Part shown: positions 11,411 to 22,793 of the stretch, piece by piece
How the letters are laid out: every line of letters begins with the position of its first letter
Numbering within the stretch: the first letter of the stretch is position 1
Assembly: GCA_030390025.1 (NCBI GenBank)
Contig: CM059431.1
Coordinates: 109,866,001 to 109,930,000, forward strand
DNA from: Squalus acanthias
Lineage: Eukaryota
Length of the DNA: 64,000 nucleotides
Direction: 5' to 3'
Translations under genes and position numbers: made by a program
The notes under the pieces: model-generated
Seen by the model: only the letters and a program-made list of their open reading frames with translations
Databases searched by the model: none
Told to the model about the DNA's origin: nothing

Positions 11411-12560
11411 ATTGTGGTTACTAAGACAGAAAATGGTTAAAGACAGCAGTATGGCCAGTTACTAGGGAAGAGAAAGCGGAGGGGAAAAAAAGCAAGATTT
11501 TAAACAGTCAATTCAAGTTCTGATTGATTTAATGTCACCTGCTGTAAGTAATCAAATACCAGAACTTTCAGTTATTGTAGTATTAAAATAATTATTTTGA
11601 TAACATAATATGTTCTACTGCAACCATTCTTTTTCCTTTTTTGGCTCCGTTACCATTTCTGCTGGCGTAAGTCACATTTCCCTGCAGCATTATTGCAATT
11701 CCGTCACACGCACTAAGATTGTGCTGGCTAGCCTAAATCGTGCCCTGTATTTTTCCCCCGTAAAGCCAATGATCAGATTACAAATTTCTCTGCACCTTGT
11801 TTTTTAAACTTAAATTGCTGACAATTCTTTCTGAAATATGACCCTATGGCTAATAATTTCACTGGAAAATCAATATTGCCCAGTAATCTGGAGTGACACG
11901 AATGAAATAATACAAGTGACAGCACATTTTTATTCACTTGCTTATTCCTTTATACTCTGTTGAAATCTGCTAAATTTCATGAGCCAGACAGCAGTCTCTG
12001 CTCCCTGGACTTTTTTTTTTTGTTTGTGTTTTTTTTTCCATTCTAAAGTAATTCTGATTTCTGACTTGCCTTGCTTGGCGTTCGAAGGAGAAATTGAGAA
12101 TTCTTACAAAGACCATTGCTTTTTTTTTAAGTTTGTTCTCCAAAAATCAATGCATTGTTTTAGGATTTTAGCGAGCTAGTTACCCAGGAATGGTGAAATG
12201 CTGAACTGTAGCTGATTTGTAAACAAAGGTTAATTCCATGTATTCACCTCGCTCTGTTGTCTGTGATCTAATACTGGAACTGGCTGAACCAGAGGAGATC
12301 CCGATAAGATCTTTGTCACGCTCCCAATCAGCATTGTGCTGTTAGCAGAAGACCAATTACAACTTTGAACGTTTTTGCCGCATAATTGTTACAACATTGG
12401 ATGGAGAATAACTTACCCTTTATCCAAACTGATGGTTCAGTAGATACCAACTTTGCTAAGAACAAGTCTTTTTCTTATAAATTTCCAATAATAAACTAGA
12501 AACTTTGAGCTTAGCCAAGTGTTCACTTCATTGCTGAGCTGAAGGATGGAATAGGGATTT

Positions 12561-12781
12561 CAACAACAACAACAACTTGTATTTATATAGTGCCTTTAAC
12601 GTAGTAAAACATCCCAAGGCGCTTCACAGGAGTATAGTAAGACAAAAGAATTGACACCGAGCCACAAAGTTAGGGCAGATGACCAAAAGCTTGGTCAAAG
12701 AGGTAGGTTTTAAGGAGCGTCTTAAAGGAGGAAAGAGAGGTAGAGAGGCGGAGAGGTTTAGGCAGGGAATTCCAGAGCTTT
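12561..12781 (-). mobile_element. L2 LINE 3' end
   Basis: (AAC)n tail and near identity to 15317-15545. Confidence 0.85.
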
Positions 12782-13619
12782 CAGAATTCCCTCGAATTAT
12801 TTAAGTTCTAATTCTGAAGTGGATTGCCTTGATAAACAGGATGATGAACGGTGTTATACTGTTCTTCAGCAGTCAGTGTTCTGTAATATTCAAAATGCCA
12901 TCAAATCCACACACACACACATCAAATAGTAATGATGAGGCAGTGAGAAAAATGGAAGTAAAAGCTCTCTCTAGATGAGGTGGAATTTCCACGATGATCA
13001 TGGGGACAGCAGGAAAGTTCTGGTGCATAATTTGCACCCAGCCAAATTAGGCACATCGCATTAAGTCCCATCTTGCAGGTCACGGTTCATTATGTATGCA
13101 GAGTGAGCTCCCTGCATGATTTGAACTTACTGCTGGTAACTCGAACAGTTGGCTGGGGCGGGGCAATTTAAGGGTAAATTCACCTACTGTACAGTTAAAG
13201 GCAGTACAGGCAGCGACTTTTAAAGTGAAGCTTTGATGGAGCCACGCCAAGGAAAACTGGATGGTTGGCAGATTCTGAACTGCCAACAGTGCTATGCAGC
13301 GCATATTAGGGCAGTTGCATAAGAAATTTTCGGGCGTCACAAACGTGCCAAGGTAAGGCTACCCAACACTTAATCTATACCAAGATGAGCAAAATATGCA
13401 TGGCATAAAGCGCTTCTTCTCAACCTGCTGCACATTGATTATGGCTGGATGCAAAGCACTAAGATAACTGTACTTCTTTCATTACTTAGCATGCATGCCC
13501 ATACCTGCATATTACAGTTGGAAATCTTGTTACACTTGTATCTCTAAAGGTATGTTCTCAAAAAATTCATCCGGCAAAGAACAGGATTTCATGCCTGACC
13601 TCATTTTCATCTGATTAAC

Positions 13620-14090
13620 ATCAAATTGAATATTCAAATAGTGCCTCACACATTCTGTGCAAGAGCAGTTAATACCAGTCAAAAGGGCTGGCAGGAAATT
13701 GTTTCACAGTGAAAGTTGAGCAGAGGTCCAGCAAAATGGATGCTTGTCTGATTTCCCAGCTCCTGTACACCCATTCCCCATTGGTACAAATATTGAGGCC
13801 GACCAGAATTTCTACCCGAAAGTGCCTTCTTCGCTCTGGAGGCGGGTGAGCAGAGCACTCCATACTTTGTGGTCTTTGCACAGCTAGATTGTATCAGTCC
13901 TTGAAGTTACACCAACCCATTGCATCGCATCATCTGGCCATGTCCTTCTTTGCTTTGCTCTTGATATATTCCCATCAACTTTCCCAGACAGTAAAAAACT
14001 TCAACAGCTTTCCTTGTGCCTCATGAATTACGTGCACCTGGAATGCAATGTTCTTCTTTCAAGAAAGTCTCATCATTTTTCTCTTTCCTT
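13620..14090 (-). pseudogene. Possible highly decayed hAT transposase remnant
   Basis: Minus strand gives a broken 'D..RGQ..D.A.AMG...LQGLIQ...CSAH' pattern resembling the hAT DGA..M.G / CxxH region. Many stops and frameshifts. Confidence 0.25.
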
Positions 14091-15316
14091 TTGCTATTCA
14101 AGGACCCCCTTATTAGTTACACTTGATCAACTAATTTCTAGCAATAATATCTGTAACAACATGAGGTGGATTTTATGAATTTCCGCTTTCGGTACACAAA
14201 GTTCCAGTCTGGGAGTGCAAATTTGGAAAATCTTTGTTTCTATGCACATGCTTTAATGTATTTCAATTAATAGATTTGATTTAAATTCTGCACATCAATC
14301 GTAAAATTTTAAAATAACTAAGTGCGGAAACGTAATGTAATCTGATAAAATACAATGTTGTCTACATAGGAGAAGCATTTCTGTGGTGCAATATGTAACA
14401 AGCACTTCCAGTCTTACTTCAGCATTCAAGGCGAAATATCAACTAGGTTGGATGGGAAGGGACGGGAAGGCAAGCGAAGAGAAACGAAAAACCTGATCTA
14501 TAGTTGAACACAACCCTCTCCATTCCCCTCCCTCCAAAACTGGCCACTCTAACAAAACACACTTTTCAAAATTATAAGTTATTCATACTGTTATCTTAGT
14601 TTTGCTTTGCTGCATTTTGGGAAATGTCCAGGAAGCCCAATAACCCATGTGGGGCATTGTGCAAAATCTACATCAGTTTAACCTGCCCTGTGCCAAGGCA
14701 AGGTGCATAATCGGCAGCAAAATGTAATCATTTGCAAGTGACTTTCTTCAACAAGGATTCAGTAAACTTATGTAATTTACTACCCCTCGCCCTCATTTCT
14801 ACTTCTTGACTGGGAACCACAGGATGAGAATATCTATGGATACGATGGATTTGTGGTCCGGGTATCAGCAAACTGGCAGCGTTCGCTGTCATTCCGCCTT
14901 TGAAACTGATGCAGCTTAGGGATCTGCGGAATGCCTGAGGTTGGGGGTCTGTCATTCACTGCTCCGACACAGGCTGCACTGTGCACCCCGCCCCAATCCC
15001 CCACAGAGCCGGCAATCAGTGTAATCACTCAAATCATGGAAACTGAGGAAAACTTTGGCCGAATTTTGCCGGTCCTCTGAGTGTGGGATTGGAGGCGGGA
15101 CCGCTGTCAAAATCGTAAAGTTTGACAGCGGGCAGGAAACCCGCTGTCAACCCACCTCCAATCAATCTTCCCAAGTGTCGGGTCCCCTGATTTGCGCATC
15201 AACGTAAAATCACGTCCGTTGGCCAGATGCAGTTGGGGGGCGGGACTGGAACCCGGAAACCAGCTGACCCGCTCCCTACCGCATCCATTTGCAAAATCAC
15301 AGCCGTTGGCTCCTCA

Positions 15317-16168
15317 ACAACAACAACAACAACAACTTGTATTTATATAGCGCCTTTAATGTAGTAAAACGTCCCAAGGCGCTTCACAGGAGTGTTATAG
15401 GACAAAAAATTTGACACCGAGCCACATAAGGAGAAATTAGGGCAAGTGACCAAAAGCTTGGTCAAAGAGGTAGGTTTTAAGGAGCTTCTTAAAGGAGGAA
15501 AGAGAGGTAGCGAGGCGGAGAGGTTTAGGCAGGGAATTCCAGAGCTTAGGGCCTAGGCAACAGAAGGCACGGTCACCAAAGGTTGAGCGATTATAATCAG
15601 GGATGCTCAAGAGGGCAGAATTAGAGGAACGCAGATATCTCGGGGGGGTTGTGGGGCTGAAGGAGATTACAGAGATGCGGAGGGGCAAGGCCATGGAGGG
15701 ATTTGAAAACAAGGATGAGAATTTTGAAATCGAGACATTGCTTAACCGGGAGCCAATGTAGGTCAGCGAGCACAGGAGTGATGGGTGAACGGGACTTAGT
15801 GCGAGTTAGGACACGAGCAGCCGAGATTTGGATGGCCTCAAGTTTACGTAGGGTAGAATGTAGGAGGCCAGCCAGGAGTGCATTGGAATAGTCAAGTCTA
15901 GAGGTAATAAAGGCATGGATGAGGGTTTCAGCAGCGGATGAGCTGAGGCAAGGGCGGAGATGGGCGATGTTGCGGAGGTGGAAATAGGCGGTCTTAGTTA
16001 TGCTGCGGTTATGTGGTTGGAAGCACATTTTAGGGTCAAATATGACACCAAGGTTGCAAACAGTGTGGTTCAGCATCAGATAGATGTTAGGGAGAGAGAT
16101 GGAGTCAGTTGCTAGGGAACGGAGTTTATGGCGGTGACTGAAAACAATGCTTCGGTCTTCCCAATATT
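15317..16168 (-). mobile_element. L2 LINE 3' portion (RT C-terminus and tail)
   Basis: Peptides NLGVIFD, TAYFHLRNIA.LRP.LS..AAETLIHAFITSRLDYSNALL, HWLPVKQ, RAF..LGPKLWNSLP, LKTYLF; (AAC)n tail. Confidence 0.92.
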
Positions 16169-16695
16169 CCGCAGTAATTACGCTGTTAAATTCCCCACTA
16201 AAAGTTAAACCCAAAGGGATTCGGTGTAACTGGGGTTTTAACAGCGTATTGACTGCTAAACAAAGGTTATGGGCCTGAAAAACAAATTCTAATTTTGTGC
16301 AGTGTCAAATTTATCCATTTTAATACAAATGAAACATTTTTAAGAAACTTAAAAAAAAAAGTTTAAGTTTGTTCATCTTTATTTCAGGTTTGCCTTTTCC
16401 CCATGTGAGAGCCCCAATCTTTGTTTTGCTCTCTCTAACATTTTTAGTAAGTTAGAATTTACCCACTTCCTTGTTTGCTGTCTGTGAGAATTCTGCCTTT
16501 TGATTGGCTGCTTAGACAGCTTGTTGGCATCACAGCAGCTCGCGCTAGGGGATCCCCACTGTACTCCGTTGATTTGAATTGAACGTCGGAAAACCCAAAC
16601 TTCTCGACACAGAGATCGCGAGATCCTTGTGGGAAGCTTACTCAGGGGCCAACGGCGAACGCCTTTGCTCCGCCGCTGACCGCAAATTCCGAGCC
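16169..16695. mobile_element. Truncated Harbinger-like MITE fragment
   Basis: Ends in cgcaaattccgagcc, a terminus like that of 38837-39466, with an AT-rich interior. Confidence 0.4.
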
Positions 16696-17058
16696 TTTGT
16701 GTCGTGAAATTGCAACTGCATTTGTAGAGATTTCCTCTTTTTGGGATTTGTCACAAAAATCGTAAATGCATTCTTTTAGCACATGCTTGCATTTTTGCTA
16801 GAAAACAGCAAACTGAGGAAATCTTCATAATTGCAATGACAACGTTGTTACATGTTGCACCACAGAAATGCTTCTCCTATGTAGGCAACGTTGTATTACA
16901 TAAGATTACAAGGACCTTATGTTTCTGCATTTAATTTTTTTACAATTGAGGAGCAGGATTTAAATTAAATCTGTTAATTTGAAATAGATTACAGCATATG
17001 CATAAAAACAAAGATTTTTGATTTTACCATCCTCTCTGGTTTATTATGCATCTGTTCT

Positions 17059-17885
17059 TAGAACATAAGAACATAAGAATTAGGAACAGGAGTAGGCCAT
17101 ATGGCCCTTTGAGCCTGCTCCACCATTCAATAAGATCATGGCTGATCTTCGACCTCAACTCCACTTTCCCGTCCAATCTCCATATCCCTTGATTCCCCTA
17201 GAGTCCAAAAATCTATCTATCTCAGCCTTGAATATGCTCAATGATTCAGCATCCACAGCCCTTTGGGGTAGAGAATTCCAAAGATTCACAACCCTCCAAG
17301 TGAAGATTTTCCTCCTCATCTCAGTCTTAAATGGCCGACCCCTTATCCTGAGACTATGCCCCCTAGTTCTAGACTCTCCAGCCAGGGGAAACAACCTCTC
17401 AGCATTTACCCTGTCAATCCCATTCAGAATCTTATATGTTTCAATGATATCACCTCTCATTCTTCTAAACTCCAGAGAGTATAGGCCCAATCTACTCAAT
17501 CTCTCTTCATAGGACAAGCCTCTCTTTGCAGGAATCAATCTAGTGAACCTTCGTTGCACTCCCTCGAAGGCAAGTATGTCCTTCCTCAGATAAGGAGACC
17601 AAAACTGTGCACAGTACTCTAGGTGTGGTCTCACCAAAGCCCTGTTCAACTGTAGTAAGATTTCCTTACTCTTGTACTACAACCCCCTTGCAATAAAGGC
17701 CAACATGCCATTTGCCTTCCTTATTGCTTGCTCTACCTGCATGCTAACTTTCTGTGTTTCCTGTACGAGGACACCTAAATCTCTCTGAACACCAACATTT
17801 AATAGTTTCTCACCATTTAAAAAATATTCTGTTTTTCTATTCTTCCTACCAAAGTGAATAACCTCACATTTCCCCACATTATCTT
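17059..17885 (-). mobile_element. CR1 LINE 3' portion
   Basis: KCEVIHFGRKN, RDLGVLV, LVRPHLEYCAQFWSP, RTRGHSL..., WNSLP; (ATGTTCTT)n tail on the minus strand. Confidence 0.95.
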
Positions 17886-18129
17886 GAAAAATTGCATGCA
17901 CCTGCATTTTTATTCAGTTACTTATACAGGATTTTATAAAATGAATCTTCAATTCTGATGAGGGGCATTTATGGACATTTTTTAAATTAGCATATTTTAT
18001 TTAATACTGTATAAATGCACCTATAATAATAGTGTTCTGTCTAATAATCATTTACCATAGTAATTAATGCTGATTTCTGGGGAAACCTACTGCATTAAGA
18101 TAGCTCACAGTCAACTATTGCTTCCATTG

Positions 18130-18974
18130 CATAGTCCACAAGATCACCAAATAAATACAAATGCGGGAGGTATTTGGCCCATCTTAGGGCATCCACCCAG
18201 CATTAAAAAACTTACAGTCCTCCCTATTGTGTATTATGACTTGAATGAATCTAGGTTTTCACCTCTACTAACCAAAGAAGGCCATTCCAAATGTTGACTA
18301 CTCTTCATGTGAAAGAAATTCTTCCTGGGATCTACCCTAAGTTGACCTTTCATCAGTTTTAACCTATGCCCCCTCCTCCCACTCGCCCCTTTGAAGTACT
18401 GTTCTGGATCTGTTGCATTTAATATCGTAGATATATACTTCTATAAGATCTCCATCTCCCTCTCTTTTCAATACTAAAGAACCCAGTTTCTCCTGCCTTT
18501 GCTCATTACTCAATCCTTTGGCACCAGGGATGAGCGCCATGCCTCTTCTCTGCATCACCCCCGTGGCTCCAATATTTCCCTTATGTCTTGGTGACCAAAA
18601 CCAATTTAGTCCTCAAGGTGCCGCCTGAGCAGGGAATTGTACAGTTTTAGCATGACATCTTCTGACTTATACTCAATTAATTTAGTCATATAATTTTAGC
18701 ATTCTGTCCACTTTGTTTATAGCTGTTCCACAGTAATTTGATACATTAAGTGCTAAATCTATGATCATCCCTCACCCCCTTTCTGCTTTACTTTCAGGCA
18801 TTTCGACACCATACACAAAATACTTATGAACGCAGTTTTCTCTCAACTACCTTGCACTTGTTTGCATTGAACTTCATCTGGCACGGATTTGTCCATTTAC
18901 AAATTTTATTTAAAACCTTCTATAGGCTCCTGGCTGCTTCCTCCAACTCAATTGCCCCATTTTAGCATCATCTG
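18130..18974 (-). mobile_element. Old CR1 LINE, 3' half (target of the provirus)
   Basis: Degenerate CR1 C-terminal motifs (LIPGAKGLS.E.R.EKLG...GDLIEVY). Continues after the provirus at 31755. Confidence 0.7.
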
Positions 18975-20688
18975 TGTAAAGTTTCGCAATTATCGCGATT
19001 CGAAATAACAAGACAGAAGCAGATTCGTTTGATCAGTTTATTTAAACAAAATGCTGTCATGATATAAAGGACACAGAAGCCTGTAAAATGGCCGCCACGC
19101 ATCGTGGCAGAAGCTTCCAGAATTACAGTGGGCAGACAAGATGGCGTTCGAATAAACATTTCAATATAAGACGGGATCATACTCGATAAGCACTGATAAA
19201 GACAGGATGCAACCTGTTTGCATTTATGACAATAGCAAAAGATATGAGTGCTGGAATCGTTTTCCATGCACAAGTAAGGACCATTGTACTGGGCAATCGA
19301 AGGCCCATCCAGACACATCAATACACAAATACCCCCACGGCTCTACAATGAGAGAGCCATTCTCGGGTGATTAAACAAGTATTCGGGGGCCCCCAAAACC
19401 AGTCAAGGAGATGATTCATACGATCCTGGCTGGGCCAACAATGGGGAAAACATTAACGGGTAGTTGGCCAGTTTCAGGTGCTACCGAAACCCGTTAAAGA
19501 CAAGAATCGCCCCATGCTGGGAGTTTTAAGCGCCAATATTTCACAAAGGACAAACATTAAGATTTGGGCGGGAGATAAGGGAACACAGCACTATAACTAT
19601 AGTGAACAAATGTCCATCGGTCTCTTATCTCTGCGGACTCTTGACTCGGGCTGAACTTTTATTCTCCTATTCTGATCCTCGGGTATCACTCTGCTGGACG
19701 AGCAGCCTTCTGTGTTTTCTCTGGACTCTGTTGACTCTGGACTTTAGCCGCACTGGACGGTTATTCGAATGTTGGGTGGGGCTCAATTGGAACGAGTCGC
19801 CTCGACGAAGGCCAGTGACCGGGTGCACCATCTCGAGAGTCGGTAAACGGTGTTTGGACCCAAAGGCCCAACAAGACAAGACGAAATGACAAGAGAAGAA
19901 GAAGAATCCACGTGCCGCCGCGGTCAGTAAACCCCGACCGCGCCCGAAAATATACGACCCATTTCTTGAACTCTACAGGTTACTGCACGAACCGGTCAAA
20001 GACTCTACTTTGAATTCTACCGACAACTGGTGTCGGTACAGGAAGACTTTTCTTTGAGTTCTACAGCCGGGCCCGAGTGCTGTCGAGTTCTTCATGACAA
20101 CGGGGAGCCCAGCCTGCTTGCCGCAGCAGCGAAGATAAACAAGTGGGGTACAGAGACCCCTCCAAACACGTGACAGTCAGGCGCTGCAGCGAAACGAGCC
20201 GAGTGCCTCACTTAAAAATTCTCCGAAGTATCACGAGTGGTGAGCATGTTTCCCGATCCTACAAATCTAGACGTAGTGTAGGTATTGATAAGGGAGGGTG
20301 GTTTATTAAGGATAAAGTATAATGTGTTCCCCTTTTTACGATGTGCCGTGCGTTCTTCATTACCATAGACCAAGCTTTATGAATGTATGTATACTTGTAC
20401 TCTCGTTAATTTGCGCCTATGACATGTACTTCATGATTTTGGACGCTATGCAATAAAGATTTCCGTTTCGTACTATTCAACCGGGTCTATTTGAGTTTTT
20501 CTCTGCATTACTGCTCTCGCACCTAAGTCCAGTGTTAGAACCGTAAGGGCGAGTGGGTCGAACCACTCACAGGTGCTTATTGCAACAAGGCTGGCCGGAG
20601 ACCAGAGCAAGCAATAGTATTAGGCAATGAAGGCCTAACCTCGCACCAGCACCGTCTGCGATACAAGCACGCGACAAAACCCCTTACA
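18975..20688 (+). repeat. 5' LTR (1714 bp)
   Basis: Direct repeat of 30040-31754 (about 20 substitutions and 1 indel by manual comparison). TG...CA termini. AATAAA at 20452. Confidence 0.97.
20240..20245 (+). promoter_or_regulatory. Putative major splice donor inside the LTR (TG|GTGAGC)
   Basis: Consensus-like 5' splice site, conserved as TGGTGAGCAT in both solo LTRs (10435, 42254). Confidence 0.6.
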
Positions 20689-20692
20689 GAAA

Positions 20693-22515
20693 ATGGCGAC
20701 CACGGCAGGACACTGGCAGCGAGAGAGTAATGTTTTAGACCCTGGTGTGAATAGGCAAAATGTGATGGATGAGAGGGTAGCCGACTATGTGTTTGGGAAG
20801 GTTAACTTAACCAAAAGGTGGATAAGTGACCTGCTGATGGATAAGCGTCCGTTAGACGCAGCCATCAAATGGACAGACAGTAAAGAGCATAAGAAGTCGG
20901 TAGAGAAAGCGGTCTGGCTGATGTGCTACAAGAAGCAAGTCCAACTTTCGGACCAGGTCATTGTGGCACAGGCAGCTCAGATCAAGGATTTGGAAGTTGA
21001 GATGGAGGAAAAGATCACGGGGGACAGAAACTCATTGCATCCTTGAATGCGTTACATCAGGAACGCCAGATAGTAGCCAACCACCATGAGGCTAAAATTG
21101 ATTACCTAGAGTGTCAGGTCATGGAAGCGAAATTAAACGAGGGTAGGATTAGAGAACGGTGTGCCCGCCTAGCTAACCAGATAAAAGCCCAAGAAGAAAG
21201 CTTGAAGGGAGTTAGGGCGGCATATAAGATGGCCCTCGAGGATAGGCATGAGGGAGCCGACCACAGTGTTTGCCAGAAGGAGATAGGGAACCTAAGAGAG
21301 GCCCTGAATAAGGCAAACGGCTTGGTGTGCCTCATCAGCCCGTCAGCAAACCAGCCACAGGTGGGTAGGGAATTCCCCAAATCCCTACCAGACAAAGCAG
21401 AGGAGGTATTTGCCACTGCGCCCTCCGCGCCACCCAGCTATTCGGCAACCTGGATAAGGGAGGAAGTGGTGGAAATAGAAAGGGAGGTTCCCGAGGTAGG
21501 ACAGTCCCCGGAGGTAGAGTCGAGCCCGGGACCGATGTGTCCGCTCCGAGGTCACAAGAGAGGCCCGAACGCAGCCAATGGGGATGACGGGGATGTCCTG
21601 AACCAGCTTGTATTGCCTCACAGCTCACACCAGCTGAGAGCAATGATTAGCCATGTACGGAAGCTGTCCGAATCGGATGACCCTTCCGTACACTTTAGGG
21701 AGGTAGAACAGACCACAGCAATTAATGGCTGCGACGATGCGGAAAAGACCAAAATGTTGCTGTTCTCGTTAGATAGCTCGATCCTTCAGTGTCTCTCAGA
21801 CGAGAGCAAGAAGGGAAATAAAACCTATGGGGAGTTACGGGACGAGGTCCTAGAAGTGTTGGGGGCGGATGACGAAGGTCCGTTCGTCAGATTGGGTCAG
21901 ACCGTACAGATGGAGGGAGAACCCCCGAAGGTTTTCGCCGACAGGCTGTGGCCAGTATACCAGCGTAGCTGCCCAGGTGCGCCAGGGCGCGATTATCTGG
22001 ACGGTGCCGGTTTTACTCATTGGCTCAGGTGTTTAGTAGCCAACAGTTTGCCAGCCGTCAGGGAGCAGGCCAAAGCGTGGTTTGATCCCACTAACCCCGC
22101 CACAACAGAGGAGTCAGTCCTGAATTGACTCACCATAGGGTATCGGAACACTAGGAGCACGGGAGTGCATCCCCTTAAGGGAAAGGTGCATGAGGCACGG
22201 CCCGCAGCCCCGGCTCAAAAGGAGTGGCATCAGGAGGGAAACCGCGCCCCACAGGCCAGTGGTGCTTGTTACGGGTGCGGGAAGACAGGTCACTGGCGTA
22301 AGAACTGTAGGAACCCCTGGAAGGACCCCAGGGATAAAAATCCTGCAGCCCTAACCCAAGCGCCTGTCTCTGAGAGAGGAGCTGGTGTGCCTATCCATCC
22401 CGATGCGATAGAATCAATGTTGGGAGCTATGCGGTCCCTTATGATTTCGCAAGGAAGGGTGGCAGTCGCTACCGGCCTCACAGATGCCACAACCCCGTCC
22501 ACCAGTACCCAATGA
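20693..22515 (+). pseudogene. gag: gag (N-terminal coiled coil, PSAP/PPSY late domains, capsid-like region, CCHC zinc knuckle)
   Basis: ORFs 20693-21046, 21043-22128 and 22165-22515 join via one frameshift (~21010) and one in-frame TGA (22126). Zinc knuckle CYGCGKTGHWRKNC. Confidence 0.85.
20694..20711 (+). promoter_or_regulatory. Primer binding site, tRNA-Arg type
   Basis: TGGCGACCACGGCAGGAC, 5 nt after the LTR. Complementary at 17/18 to the 3' end of vertebrate tRNA-Arg(TCG) (...GTCCTGCCGCGGTCG-CCA, recalled from memory). Confidence 0.8.
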
Positions 22516-22793
22516 CTAGAGCCCGCGCAGCCCGTTTACCTGTGTCCGCTCAGCTATGATGCGTGGAAAAGACCCCTGGTTGAGATGGAGGTAGAGAAGC
22601 AGAAGGGTAGTTATTTGTTGGACACAGGAGCTTCATGCACCGTGATCCATACGGATAGCCCCTTTGACTCACCACTGTCTACCAAGGTCCCATTCACATT
22701 AGCGGGGTTCACAGAAAAGAGCAGGCTGGCGCGTTCTCCATTCCGCTCTCCATTCATTTAGGAGCACTCCACACCACATGGAAGTGCATACTG
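22516..22793 (+). pseudogene. pro: Aspartic protease N-terminal half, in frame with gag after the TGA
   Basis: Reads LEPAQPVYLCPLSYDAWKRPLVEMEVEKQKGSYLLDTGASCTVI (DTG 22621-22629). A 1-nt frameshift near 22713 joins it to ...KCILMKWQ..GILGSDLL. Confidence 0.85.

Noticed and set aside
18968..19889. Small ORFs in the LTRs (18968-19321 -, 19602-19889 +, and their 3' LTR copies) as accessory genes
   Set aside because: No motifs. Their duplication simply reflects LTR identity, and one is truncated by the inter-LTR indel.
19955..20095. CRISPR array
   Set aside because: Eukaryotic LTR context, only 3-4 degenerate repeats and no cas genes. Reported as an LTR repeat instead.
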